Shown one piece after another: positions 12,684 through 26,059 of a stretch of DNA of 64,000 nucleotides. Position numbers and translations under genes: made by a program. A model generated the notes under the pieces. That model had not been told where the DNA came from. It saw only the letters and a list, made by a program, of their open reading frames with translations, and made no database searches. Within the stretch, counting starts at the first letter, position 1; every line of letters starts with the position of its first letter. Source of the stretch: the human T2T-CHM13v2.0 reference genome, Homo sapiens; the NCBI RefSeq assembly GCF_009914755.1, contig NC_060928.1; one strand, written 5' to 3'.

Positions 12684-12863
12684 CAGGGGTTATTAACCTC
12701 TGATGCACAGGAGAATCACCCAGGGAGCTTTTAAACACTCTCCAAGCTAGGGTTCCATCCTCAGAGTTTCTGATTTAATTAGCCTGTAGAGGTTCTAGGG
12801 AATTGGTAATGCTTAAAAACTCTCCAGGTGATTCTAATGTTCAGCTGGTGTTAAGAAACATGG
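12684..12863. mobile_element. MER5B hAT-Charlie element
   Basis: 'caggggttattaacc...gagaatcacccagggagctttt...ctccaggtgattctaatg...ttaagaaaca'. Confidence 0.75.
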
Positions 12864-13304
12864 CCTAAAGATTAATGACCAGTATGGGATTTGTTATTGG
12901 TTGATATTTGGCTGAATAGTAAATGATTTTGAATCTAGGAGTAACTTCAGAATTTGACGGATGCCAAACCTATTTAAAAAATAAGTGTTAACACATTAAT
13001 ATCAGAATTAACAGCTACTTTAAAATAATGACAAACTTTAATTTCCCCTTATTCAGGTATGGGGGAGGAGAGAAGGGTTGAGGCAGGGGAGTCTTACCTC
13101 ACTTTCTTTACAGCATCCCCTTCTACCCAATCCTTGTCTTCGGTTTCTGAACCTTCTTCCTTTTGCCCAACCTTTTGTTCAAAGGTCAGTTGGCTGATTG
13201 CTGGAGCTGTTCTCCAGAAAAATAGGTGGTTTAAACAGAAAAAGCTCTGAGAATGGCCACAAAGGGTTTGAGGGCACCTCCCGGAAGTGGAGAGATGTAT
13301 TTTA

Positions 13305-13650
13305 CAGAGTGCTGGCCTGGGAGTCAAATAATCAGCTTTCAGATTCTTATTACTTTCTCAGTAATAAGAATAGCTCATAATCTTTTATTTCCCAGTAATA
13401 AGATAGCTCTGCAATCTTGGGAAAATCACTGAATCATGCTAAACTTCACTTTTCTTTAACTATGACATGGGGACAACATCTACCTCCCGTAAGTTTGTTT
13501 CAAGGATTAAATAAGATGTTAGGGATGAGACTTTGATTATCTTGTTCACCGCTGACACCAGAGCTCCTGGGATAACACCAACACAAAGAAGGCATTTGGA
13601 TATTGGTCAAATTAAAACAAAATTTGTAAACTGTAAAGTACCAAAGAAAG
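13305..13650 (+). mobile_element. MIR containing a ~34-bp imperfect tandem duplication (13354-13418) and a short L2 3' fragment (~13520-13612)
   Basis: MIR head 'gtgctggcctgggagtca', core 'cttgggaaaatcactgaa', tail 'ttgtaaactgtaaagt'. Confidence 0.55.
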
Positions 13651-15154
13651 ATGGCCGTTACCCTGAGTGAATGTGCTTTCTAGCCTAAAGCTCTCTCTGC
13701 ACTTCCCACGCACTTTGGCCTATATCCTTCCTTGGACTCTCTGCAGCTCTGCAGACATAGTGTTTACAACCAGACAAGGAAAGCAAAAGTTGATATGACT
13801 CCATTCTTCTTTGTAGGAGTAAACATCTGATCATTATCACATTTCATTTCTAAAATATTCTTTCAATAAAGAATGCAAAATATAGTCTTGCTGATGATAT
13901 TCTTCTCAGTATTGCTTTTTTAGAACTTCAGAAGGAATTATGTCAGTTGAGAAAGAACTGTTAGCTGAAGTCAGGCACTGAAGTCCTGGGTTCTATTTAT
14001 TCCTAACAGTACTGTGGTACCTCATGCTTTATAAATAACCTTTATTGACTTAACTTTGGCACGCCTCAGGTCACTGATTAAAATTATGCCAAAATAATAT
14101 CTTTCTCTCTTCTAGGAATACATTTCTCTGTTTGGTTGTACACTTATACTGATACAGTAGAACCAGCCCAGCTGAATAAATTAGGACGGGTTAGGGGTAT
14201 GTCATTCGTCAAATTATATGATTGTAAAAGTGGAAGGCTGCCAGATTTGGCTGGAACAGCAATAGCTTTCCTATGCTTGGCAAAGGATCTGAATATTTGG
14301 TTGAACCAATTTTACCATGGCACATGAAGTTCCTTGGTTAGTAAATGCTTGTATTATATCAGAGCCAAGAGGGTGGACACATACACTGAATTGAAACATA
14401 GGGAAAATCTTGGTTATCATCTTACTGATAAACTCAGTTATATGAGTTATGTTTATGCGTTGATTCCTTTGTGCAAAGGTGACATGTCGATCTAACCCCT
14501 TTGTTTTTGCTGAATAGTCAATAATTATATCATAGCTACTTAACTTTTTCAGAGTGTTTATTTTTGAATAGACAGCACATTTTTATTATTATATAAATAT
14601 TGCTATGACATGGTATTTTGATATAAACATGCTCTAAAAACATAACTTTGAAGGAAAATCCAAGATTTTCGAAATTATTAGAGAGTTCTAGCTCTCCCAA
14701 ATCAGGGAATCTCAAAGAAAGCGCCTTTCTTTTACCCTCACCCCCTGGCCTGGATTTCACAGGCAACAGCTTTTTTGCAGTTGTAAAGTTAGTCTTCAAA
14801 TATAAACCGAGATCCTGGGCTTCATTACTGTTGTTGGCCAGAAAACTAGAGTCAGTGTTATCTCTAAGTTTGTGAAATTCAGAAAAAACAGCTCTGTGGT
14901 GGCAGGGCTAGAATTTTATAGCCTGGGTAAAGAATGTCATTGAAGTTGTCAGACTCATAAACTTAAAATGTTTAGATCTTTTGGAGGGAGGGAGCATGGT
15001 GTGATGGTGGAAGCAAAGAACTCCAAGTCTTCAGGACAATGTTTTCTTCCCAAGACTCATACATTCTCATACATTTTTACAACTTCAGACCAGTGTCTTC
15101 CTGCCTCAGTTTCTCCACCTACACAATGGAATAACTGTAAGAATTAACATAGCT

Positions 15155-15495
15155 TTGCTTGAGATCACAGTTTAGAGGCCACTTTCTCTTGGGAAATGTT
15201 TTTTGAACCTATGATTTTTTTTTGTTGTTTGGTGCCTGATTTTTTGAAAACTCACCCTCTCTTTTCCTCTTCCCCCTCCCACTTTCCCACCCTCTCCTAA
15301 AATCCTATGCTTACTTACCACTTGGCTTTATGTTTGCCTATTTACTTCTCTTTCCGCTATACCTCCCCTGTCTCCATTCCCCCAGATTATAAATTCTGGT
15401 CTAAAACTAGATTTCCACTGTTATAACTGCAATGTCTAGCCCTGGGTCTAGATATAGAACACTCAATAAATGTTTACTGTCAGAATAAGGGAATA
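15155..15495 (+). mobile_element. L2 3' fragment
   Basis: 'gccactttctcttgggaaatg...cagattataaattct...cactcaataaatgttt'. Confidence 0.55.
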
Positions 15496-15874
15496 AAAGA
15501 ACAGATATTCTTCTTAGTGCTCAAGGACAAGTCTATATAATTGTTGCAAGATAAATTTTTTTCACTTGTGTATTTATGAGTGGGTGGCAAGTCATATAGC
15601 CTTATTAGCATGGCTCAAGAAGAAAAGAGGTCATGTTGGTGAATGATTCTTAACAGCCAAAATGATTCATGGAGGTATGTATGCTTGGCACACATTTGCT
15701 CCTGGAGTGATGGGCAGGGCACAGCTGCCATGGGAACTGTTGGACTGATAGCCTATACCCACAAAAGGAAGGGAAGCTCTTTTCTGCTCAACATTCAGAC
15801 AGGGACACACCATATGACTATAAAGTGATTGGATAACTGAGACCACTTTCAGTCAATTGAGCTAGCCAGTCAAC

Positions 15875-18195
15875 AATGCTAACATTTACTGAGCACTTCT
15901 TATAGCCAGACACTTTTTTAAGCACTTATATGATTAAGTTAATTAATTATCAGACTAGAGATGATTGTGATTCCCATTTTAGAGATTTTTAAGACACAAA
16001 GAAGTGAGGTCAATTGCCTAGGGTCACATAATCAGAAAATGGAGGAGGCAGTCTTCAAACCCAGGCGGTCAGGCTCTGGCACCTGTAAACACGCAACCAT
16101 TATACATCTGCCTTTTGGGAGCGGGCTGGCTGTACTCTCAACTAAGCAGATCATAGGGCTAGTTGTTACATCAATCAGTCAACCAAGCAATCAGTCAATA
16201 CTTTAGACTGCAGCTTGGTTCTGCAGGGGTCATCAAAGCTGTAGATATCAAGGCCCTGCCCTGAGAGCCCTGCAGTCATTCAAGGCAGGCACAGTCTTAG
16301 AAAACATTTTAAGACAGTGCATAATTATGTGTTTATTTGCATGGTGCAGTGAGTGCCATCATACCCAGATACTGAGAATCATTCCTGCCCTCCTAGAGGT
16401 GAGTTCTGAGAAAAATGGCATTCTCTGACTTGCATGTATGGCTCAGCTGAAATTATCAGAATTGCTGACCACCTTAGGCATCCCTTCTGTTTCTTTGAGG
16501 AAAAAGGATTCAGGCAGGGCCAGCTGGATCACTCCTGAGGTAGAGGAGGATTTTTGTATAACTAAGAAAAGGATCAAAATGATAATGATATAATAATAAT
16601 GACAGTGAAAGTTAACGTTTATTGGACACATGTGCACTTATGTTCTAATACATACCTACTCATTTCCTCTCTCTATAATTATTCATTTCCTTCTCACAAT
16701 AACGATACAAGGTATGTACTACTATTTTTTTTTTGTATTTTACAAATGACAAAATGAAGACACAGAAAGATAAAGCCACTTTGCTAGTAAAAGGCAAAGT
16801 CTAGGCTTCTTTTTTTTTTTTTTCTTAACAATTGTTAAGGTTCTTACTGTATGCCAGAGACTGTTTTGAACACTTTCTATATATTAACACATAAGATCCT
16901 CATAGCAGGTCCATTTCACAGATTGGGAAACTGAGGTAGAGTAAGGTTAAGTAAATCATCAAGAGAACACACTAACAGTTGTAACAAGCAGTCTGTTTGA
17001 TCTTAAAGCCTGATGTTGTATTTATTTGGCTCTATGGCCTCTGCTTGACTTTCTCTCAATGCTTACCCGAGACTTTCAGGGTTCTGTTATCTAAAAAATG
17101 ACATCAATAACATTAATACCTATCTTATAGGATTGTTTTGAGGATTACATGTGACAGTTTATGTGAAGCACTTTGCATAGGGCTCAACACATTGTAAAGG
17201 TTTAATACCTGTTAATTTAGAATGCTCCTAGCGTTCACAAATTTTTACTTCTTTTGGAATTAGAATTAAGTTCAAACATTTATTTTGCACTTATTAGCTG
17301 GGTAGCTTGGGCAATGTACTTAACTTTTCTGTTACTCAGTGTAAAATGGAGGAGATAATAGTATCTTTCTCAGAGGATTGTTGTGAAGATGAAATGAGAC
17401 AACACATTTAAAGAGCTGAGCTCTGTGTGTCGATTAATGCTTGCATCTGTTATTAGGAGAAGCAAGGGAATGGAGTCGGGAGGGACACAAAGAGCCTTTA
17501 TTATGAACTTCATGGTGTCATTAAATATGGGTGACTCAGTGGGCATATTCAAGAGTGGGGACAAGAGAGCAGTTTGCCAGGATGACCTGACTTCCTGCAG
17601 GCATCTCGCACAGTTCTGGAGAGTCTGGTTTAGAGCCAGGCAGCCCTGCGTTCTAGGCGACACTCCCCGTGGCCTGGGCAAATTATTTAATTGCTCTAAG
17701 CCTCAGATTCCTCATCTGTGCAATGGGGATAATGTTACTGCCCTCTAGGGTTGTCATGAGGATTAACTGAGATATTGTATGTAATTCACTTGGCACAGTG
17801 CCTGGCAAATAATCAACTCCCAGTAAAAGGTAACTATCAGTGTTACTGAAAGTTGTCATGGAGGGCGCAAAACACAGCCTCATGACTTGCACAATCATGT
17901 AGCCATTTCTGACTAGTAGAAGGACTACTCCCATATTCCTAAGGATTTTTACTGTGAGGTTATGCCATTCGCTATTCCTGCTACAATCTTCGCCTTGTAG
18001 TCACAGGATGAGGGGAACTTGAGAACTGGGGGTATACTTGGTAGAGTAGAACAAGATTTTTGAGATAGTTAAATTTGAATGTTTCCTTTAATAAATGAGA
18101 ATAATGAGGTCAAAAGCTCATTAAAGGACTTGCTCAAGGTCAGACAGCTGAGTTGTAGTCAGTAGGACCAGAACCCATGTCTCTTGGTTCCCACA
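15875..18195. mobile_element. Cluster of ~7 MIR copies: (-)15875-16112, (-)16590-16808, (-)16828-17010, (+)17055-17215, (+)17250-17452, (+)17625-17838, (-)18085-18195
   Basis: Repeated MIR cores such as 'ccatttcacagattgggaaactgagg', 'gcctcagattcctcatctgtgcaatgggg', 'gacttgctcaaggtca'. Confidence 0.7.
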
Positions 18196-18720
18196 CTTAA
18201 AAATTTCCATGGGGTTAAGAAGTAGATTTCCTAAGTCATGTCAATTGTATATTGCTGTGGTGAGTGGTGCTATATATGCAGCCCTAATCACTTAAAAGGG
18301 TTAATATGCTGACTGAGGCATTGAGGAGAATCTGATTTAAGGAGTTTTTATTGATGAAGGATTCATAATCGCTGGAATAAAACTTTTATGTGTATGCATG
18401 CTCCTTTAAAAATTTGGTCAGAACAGGAGTAAATACCTCATTCAAGGTATGTAAGAGACATGAAATATATCACTTGAAATTACTTAACAAAATGTTTCTA
18501 CATGGGAAGCCTGCATCTTGCTTTCTATTATTTTTAATTCATAGGTTTTATTAATTAGGTAAATAATTCTTCCTATTTTAAAATCATAATTTAAAAAAAG
18601 AAGAATTGAGTGGATGATGTATTAGTTATCTGGATTAAAGAGGTATCATCTACCAGACAATTGCCAAATCTAGAATTTGTTTCTTGTTTGAAATAAGTCT
18701 CAGTTTTTACATCAATATTA

Positions 18721-19919
18721 CAATCATATGCCTCTTAATGTTTTGATCAATGGCAGACCGCATGTACGATGGTAGAACCATAAGGTTATAATGGAACTGA
18801 AAAATTCCTATGGCCTAGTGATGTTGTAGCCATAGTAATGCCATAGCAGAAGGCATTACTCATTTCGTTTGTGGTGATACTGGTGTACACAAGCCTGCTG
18901 CACTGCCAGTCATATAAAAGTATGGCACATACAATTATATACAGTTCATAATACTTGATCATGATAATAAATGACTATGTTACTGGTTTATATATTTACT
19001 ATACTATACTTTTTATCATTACTTTTGAGTTTACTCCTTCTACTTATTAAAAAAAGAGTTAATTGTAAAACAGCCTTAGGCAGGTCTTTCAGGAAGTATT
19101 CCAGAAGAAGGCATTGTTATCCTAGGAGATGACAGCTCCATGCATGTTACTGCACCCGAAGAACTTCCAGCGGCACAAGATGTGGAGATGTAAGATGGTG
19201 ATATTGATGATCCTGACCCTGTGCAGGCCCAGACTAATATGTGTGTTTTTGTCTCAGTTTTTAATAAAAACGCTTAAAAAGTAAAAAATCCAAAATTTTA
19301 GCAATAGTAAAAGGTATATAGAATAAGGCTATAAAAATATTTTGTACAGCTGTACACGTCTTTGTGTTTTAAGCTGTGTTATTACAAGAGTCAAAAAGTT
19401 AAAAAATTAAAAAGCTTATCAAATAAAAAAGTTACAGTAAGCTAAGGATAATATATTATGGAAGAAAGAAATTTAAAAAATAGATTTAGTGTAACCTAAG
19501 AGTACATTGTTTATAAAGTCTACCTTACAGAAATGTCCTAGGCCTTACCATTCCCCCACCACTCACTCACTCACTCACCCAGAGCAACTTCTAGTCCCAC
19601 AAACTACATTCATGGTAAGTGCCCTCTACAGCTGTACCATTTTTATCTGTATTTTTAGTGTATCTTTTCTATGTTTAGATACATTTAGCTGCACAGATAC
19701 TACCACTGTGTTATAATTTTGCCTACGGTATTCAGGACAGTAACATGCTGTACAGATTTGTAGCCTAGAAACAATAGGCTATACCATATAGCCTAGGTGT
19801 GTAGTAAGCTATACCACCTAGGTTTGTGTAAGTACACTCTACAACATTCTCACAATGACAAAATTGCCTAACGATGTATTTCTCAGAATGTTTCCCCACA
19901 GTTAAACAACAGATGACTG
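18721..19919 (+). mobile_element. Tigger3b (TcMar-Tigger) DNA transposon, near full length (~1.2 kb)
   Basis: Ends caatcat... / ...atgactg flanked by TA on both sides (18719-20, 19920-21); internal 'gaaggcattgttatc...gatgacagctccatgcatg'. Confidence 0.9.
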
Positions 19920-20194
19920 TATTAACAGTCAGGCCACAAAGTAATACTGTATTTTACACAGTAAAAGAGCTAGTAACATAGGGGAAGATAAGAAAAAGTA
20001 TTTTAAAGCCTAACTCAAAATTGCAGCCATGACCGCCAATGTCTTATTAGAGTAATCCTTCATAGTTTAAATATCATAATTGTTTAATTGGTCAATATGT
20101 ATTTTACACTCATAACCCAAAATAGTCCTGTATTTAAAGGTAAAATCTGATAATTTGTACCATTGAGGAGTATGCAAAGAAGGAAAATCATCCT

Positions 20195-21134
20195 CCAAAA
20201 TTAAAGTGGTTTAACAACATACAAATTTATTTTTCATTCAAATAAAAGAAAGATAGACATAAGCAGTAGAGAGAGTAGCTCCAAGGTACCATCGGAGGCC
20301 CTGTCTCCTGTCATCAGTCTTACCACCTGCTTGGAGACTGGGAGCTGTTTGTTAGAACCTGTTTCTCCTCTTCTTCAGTGAGTAATAAATAGAACTGTAG
20401 CTGAGATGTGGCTGTCCAATTAGGAATTCATTTCCCACGGTCTCCCTTGCAGCTGGATGTTGCTGTGCCATGGAACTTTTACCGATGGGATGTGAACAGA
20501 AATAATGTGGGCAGCCTCCTCCTCACCTTCCTAAGAGGAGATTTCTGGTCCTGGCCTTCCGCATTTTTCCATGTTAGATTTCACTGGATGATGACAGCTG
20601 ATAGCTTAGAAGCTACACAACAAAGATGCAGAGTTATCAAGAGCCTCAGTCCTTGAATAGCTGGAGCAAAACTGCCCATTGCCCAGAACCCTTTCTGTGA
20701 CCTGTAACGCAAGAGAGAAGTAATCTGTTTTCCAACTCATGAAGTCTAGACTGGCTTTGCTGCAGCACCTTAGCCTATCTTCACTAAGAGCATCCTATGT
20801 ATGACTTATATCCTCAAAGTTGCTCTGTGGTCCAAGATGGCTGCTTGAGCCACCTGTGTGTGACAGCACCAGTTATCAGACCCATGCTGCAGGTCAGGAG
20901 GAAGGAGGAAGAAGGAATCTGAGCTCTCTCATCTGAGTCTTGTCCTTCAAACAGCCTTGCTGGAAATCATCCACTTAACCTCTCATTGGGTAGAACTTTG
21001 TCACTTGGTCACATCTAGCCAAAAGAAGACTGAGAAATGCAATCTTTTAGTTTGGGGGGTAACATGCCCAGTTAAAAGTCAGAGTTCTGCTCTGAAGAAG
21101 AATATCAAGGGAAAGCAGTTTCCAGTCTGCTGCA
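20195..21134 (-). mobile_element. MLT1J/K-like LTR interrupted by a second MLT1
   Basis: 'gtggtttaacaacatacaaatttattt'...'ccaagatggctgct...cattgggtagaactttgtcacttggtcacatctagc...ctgagaaatg'. Confidence 0.6.
20330..20792 (+). mobile_element. MLT1J2-like LTR nested in the opposite orientation
   Basis: 'catttcccacggtctcccttgcagctggatg...gatgggatgtgaacagaa...gcagcaccttagcctatc'. Confidence 0.6.
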
Positions 21135-22447
21135 GATGGCTTTTTCATTTTCCAGTGAAAAGGCAAAAGATAGAGGTTCTAATCACTTCCAGCAATAGTC
21201 TTAATTATTTTACTCCAAAAAATATAAATGAGAAATAGAATTATCCTTCTTATTAGAAACTATGCTGTTTATGGTGATGCCATGCATGTGTTTGTGTGTA
21301 TAAGATAGTATATGTATTTGGAGGAAGGCAGATGGTGGGGTTTGGCACTGGTGATAAAGCTGACAGGGCTTGTGCTCTAGGATGGTGCTTTCTACCCTAA
21401 GGGGAAAATACAGTTCCTCTAGGATTCAGAGAATGTCATCTTTCTCCCAGAGCTGGAGATGTTGCAGATGTTGCAGCTTACCCTTGGGACATGGCCTGAC
21501 AAGGGTTCTTACCCAATTGATGAAATATGTTTCTGGATGACTTGTTTGTAATGTCACATCATAGAGGAGTTTCTCAAGGAGATTCTCTCTTCTTCTGCAG
21601 TTTATATTGTTAAACCCTCAAATAAATTCAGTTTAGGGATTTTCTAACCAGTTTCCAGATCCATATTTAAAGTTGCCTTATGCAAGATGTTTGGCAGCAC
21701 CCTTTCCATGTAACATAACTACTGGATGGTATGTATACATGCTCTGGGCAGTGGTGAGAACTTCACATTTCCTGTTGCATGAAATGCTCTTTCTGATATC
21801 TTTGCTGAGAGTAGTATTCATCCAAATGAACTGCATGCAAACATTCAACCTAACTTTGATTAGTACTGGGTACGATTTATTTTAACCTCAGGTTTAGTGC
21901 CCCTTTCTTTTATTAATGTAGTGACTGCTTAGGATAGGTAACTATCCTAAGTAGGAGAGAGAACTGAGAAATGTGCCCATAATAATCACTTTCAAACTAT
22001 CATTAAAACAGACAATAACTCTTTCATCATTTTTTGTATCTAAAGGATTAAATTGATACAATATTCTTACCATGCCAAAAAGTACACAATTATTTAGAGA
22101 GCAGAGATCATATGTTTCCATGAACCAGTATTTCCCTATTGAATGGTAATGTTTCTTTTAGTAACAAATGAGTTCTTATACTTAATATTAGGGCAAGTGC
22201 TTGCTACAAAATGTCAGTAATATATTCATGAGGTGAATCACTTTGGAACAGTCTTTTAAGCAATTTCTGAGCTTGTGGCTTGCCCTCTTTAGAGTGGCCA
22301 GTGACTTAGTCCCTCAAAAATGAGGATGCAGTTCAGGTAGAACAGGAGCCCTGAAATTATACAAAGTGCTAGAAAGTATTAATAGTTGGAGTTGAATTGA
22401 GGAGACAAGAGGAAGGCTTGTCACAAATGACTTTTTAGAGTTGGGTC

Positions 22448-22864
22448 TGTGGCAGAAACAGCCAGTTGTTCCCTGGTATCTCCTCTCTCCTGTTTCTATG
22501 GAAGCAGAATTTTTAGCTGGGCCTCTTGTGCAATTGGTGTATACATATGATGGAATTCTAGCCAATAAGATATTAGCAAGGTTGCTGTGTGCAACTTCTA
22601 GATTGTGTTCTCAAAGGGAGAGGATGTGCCTTTCTGTTCTCTTCTTGTCCCTGCTGACTGGAATGTGTTAGGAGAACTGGAGCTGAGGCAGCTGTGATTG
22701 AGCAAAAAGCTAGAAGGAGTCCAGGATCCTGGCACTACAGAACTGCTGTACTTGCATGACTTCTGGGACTGCACTTGAGAGAGAAATACACTTCTATTTT
22801 GTTCAAGACACCACTATTTCAGGTCTGTCTATTACAAAAGCCAAACTGATATACCACAAATACA
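22448..22864 (+). mobile_element. MLT1J-like LTR
   Basis: 'tgtggcagaaac...ttctagccaataagat...gagagagaaatacacttctattttgttcaag...aataca'. Confidence 0.7.
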
Positions 22865-23108
22865 GGGGACAGAGTCCTTCCATTGGGTCAGTCTCCAAGC
22901 CTTTTGGTTCAGCACCACATGTGATTAACTTCTGGGATAATGGGACTCACTTTATCATCATCATCATCACCACCAGATACTTCCAGCTGGGGAGGCATCC
23001 CTTCTCATTCAGTTGTAGGTCCAAACTGAATCCTAGCCTCCACCCATATTTTTCTACTGCTAACCTGGTAAAAACCTTCCCAGGTATTTGGAGGCTGTTA
23101 TTGACTGA

Positions 23109-23434
23109 CAAAATTCATATTAAAAGCCAATCTCCATTGTGGTGGTATTAGGAGGTGGTTAATTTAGGGGGTGATTAGGTCATGAGGAATCCACAATCAT
23201 GGATGGGATTAATGCCCTTATAAAAGAGGTTAAAGAAAGCTGCCTTGTTTTTTCTGCCATCTGAAGACACAAAAGGCACCATCTATGAGGGATGGGTCCT
23301 CACCAGACCTGGCATCTGCTGGCACCTTGATCTTGCACTTCCCAGTCTCTTGAACTGTAAGAAATACATTTCTGTTGTTTATAAATTACTCAGTCAAAGG
23401 TATTTTGCTTTAGCAGCCAAAATAGATTAAAACA
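23109..23434 (+). mobile_element. MLT1A-like LTR
   Basis: 'aaattcatatt...gattaggtcatgagg...gcccttataaaagagg...ctgctggcaccttgatcttg'. Confidence 0.8.
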
Positions 23435-23814
23435 GAGGGGATGAGTAGATTTACAAGATAAATACTTTAAGTATTGAGTAGATTTCACAAGACTGATTTT
23501 TCCTGTCCACAATCCCTTGAGCCTCCTTCAGACTTCAGTAGAAAGTACTGACCTCCAAAATCTGAAACCTTCAAAGAAGATGCTCTGCTCCCACTGTCAT
23601 TTTTTAAAGTTTATTCTTTCTGAACCTGAGATCTTGCATAGCAAAGAACCTATTCTAGATATTTAGTGGGGTATTGGAAGCATTAGAAATCGAACTTATT
23701 TGCATCATATTTATGTGATTCAACTACATTTATCTGATTTATCTAACTGGAAGCCCTTGTTTTTTGTATTTAGATTTTAATCTCTCTGCTTTGTTTCTTC
23801 ATACAGTGAAGTGT

Positions 23815-23978
23815 CAGAGGCAACATGTTGGTAGAAGAGCTCTGGTCAGGAATTAGGAAACTGGAGAACTCATCCTGGGTGTGCTGTTTACCAGCATGGC
23901 TCTCTGACCCTCAATTTTCCCAGTCAAGTTGGGATTTTAATATTTTCTCTCAGTGCCTCAATTTACTATTCTGTGATT
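23815..23978 (+). mobile_element. MIR3-like fragment
   Basis: 'gaggcaacatg...gaagagctctgg...ctctctgaccctcaattttcc...ttctgtgatt'. Confidence 0.45.
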
Positions 23979-24479
23979 AACCCTTTGGTGCATGGAAATA
24001 ATGAGAAAAAAAGTGCCTTGAACATCATGAAGTCTTATATCACCGTAGGTTAGAAGGAGTCTCCGTGAATTTGCGCTGGCAGTCTTCGTGGTGAAGTTGG
24101 ATTGTTAATTCTCAGTCACAAATGTGAACTTGCGTTCCTGCCAACAGATGCTCTCAGCAAGTTTCTCAATAATTTATATACTTGTACCCTTTTCTCTGGA
24201 CAATTGCCTCCCCACTTTCCCCCCCAAATAGCTATCTAGATATCTAGATAATTTCTTTTAAGTTACCTTTAGTTTTGTCTATAAAAGATGATTTTACAGA
24301 TTCAGGTCTTAAGACATATCAGTGTTTACCCAATGGCACATAAGAAATGTTTTGGTCATTTCTGGATTTAAGTATAGTTACTCTCCTTTGAAGGCAAACA
24401 CATGTTCCCCTTGGATAAAGGAGTTAGTGTTGGTTGCTCCTTCCTTTCTGCTTCCTCACTTTCTATTTTCCTTTTTCAT

Positions 24480-24625
24480 ATCATTTGCTACCCAGTATTG
24501 TCATAATGGGGTCACAGTGAAGAGCAGCAGGGACTTAGTCTCACTAACTGTTGCACCTCGGGCTTGGCACCATGCCAGGCATCTAGCAGTTTCTCATTCC
24601 ATACATGTTGAATGAATGAATGAGC
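24480..24625 (+). mobile_element. L2 3' end
   Basis: 'gagcagcagggact...ggcaccatgccaggca...tgttgaatgaatgaatga'. Confidence 0.65.
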
Positions 24626-25944
24626 AAATGTGAAGGATAAATTTTCTATCTGGGACAGGCAGTGTGGCAGTAATACAGTACAGATTAGTGTTCAGATTGG
24701 CTGGTGATTGAATGGCACTGAGTCAGTCTTGCCTGTGTCACTGAAACTGAGACCTCAGAAGTTTAGCTTGATAGAATAGACATGGGTTAGAGGAAAAAGT
24801 TACTGATGTTGGAGCAGGAAATACAGCATGGAAAACAGAAGTAAATGTCTGTGGAAAGGAGCTGGGGAGCTTGAAACAGGTCTGGTGCTGTGTCAAGCTT
24901 ACTGCTGCAGCTCTGGGAAATATCTTGTTCAGAACCATACACTTCAGGCTCTGTAAGTAAATCACTGAGAATTATTTATTTCTGCTGTGTCTTTAGGCTT
25001 TTTTTTTGTTTTTGGCCATCATATAGGAAGAGTGGATTCCTTTAGAATATGACATTCATATCTTCCTCTTCTCAGACATTTGAACAAGTAATCATCTATC
25101 TCAGAAGCATTACTGGTTTTTTTTTTAGCCAGACAAAACTTAAAATATCTTATCTATTACAAATTGCTTTCAGGATAATAATGTTGTTCTGTAACTTTAT
25201 TTGATGACTCTTCACAGTAAGTAGACAAATAATTTTTACGTGCCAGGTCATTTAAAAAACCCCTCCCGAGTAGGGATCTCTGTAGGTACATAAAAGTAAA
25301 CAATTAAGGGAAATTCTCATTAAGAAAAATGTCTAATAGAATTAGAGAGAACCTACTTTTTGCTACTTTAATTCCATGCTCCCCTCCCCCAGCTTCAACA
25401 ATGTCACCAGGTTGAGAAACAGAAGGAGAAAAAGATTAATCATTAGTAAAAACACACCCTTCTGCCCCTCCCCCTGGCATCCTGAAATTTGAGTGAGTCA
25501 AAAATATGTAACATTTAATCAGAGGAGTTGATTTTTTCCCATTCGTGTACTATCCCCCCTTCCTCTCTCCATTCCTTTTTGAAAGGGGAAGGTGATTTTT
25601 TTGGCTTCACTCATGTCTAGTCAACCTTTATCCTCTCCCTTCTCCCTTTTCAATCTCTAGGGTGTATTTTGGAGAAAACCTTCCCCGACCCCCCCTTTCT
25701 GGCATTCATTATTTTCTTTACTTTTAGACACTAATGGTTTCAAAACCAATCTCAACACATGACTCAGTTATTTTAGAAAGGACTGTACTATGTCTTTTTA
25801 GATCCTTTTCAGGCCTCACATACAAACTTCCAAATGTAGGCTAAGGACGTGTTCCTTTCTTTGTATGTTTTCCTGTACCAATTTTTCAGTAGTTGGTTAG
25901 CTGGCCAAAAACGTTTATTCTAATAAGTGTATCAAAGTGGCTTT

Positions 25945-26048
25945 CTCCCCATCTCTTACTCCCTCCTTTTCTTTGTTCCTTCCTTTCCTTTTTTCTTCCC
26001 TCCCTTTCTCTCTTTATTCTTTCTTCTCTGGTTTTACTCTCTTCCCCA
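25945..26048. repeat. CT-rich low-complexity tract
   Basis: Directly visible polypyrimidine run. Confidence 0.8.
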
Positions 26049-26059
26049 CTTAGATGCTC

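Noticed and set aside
17737-17756. CTCF-like motif (ACCCTAGAGGGCAG on minus) in a MIR
   Set aside because: Two mismatches in the 5' core; not supportable without ChIP data
24233-24250. Perfect 18-bp palindrome tatctagatatctagata
   Set aside because: Explained by slippage duplication of a self-complementary 8-mer
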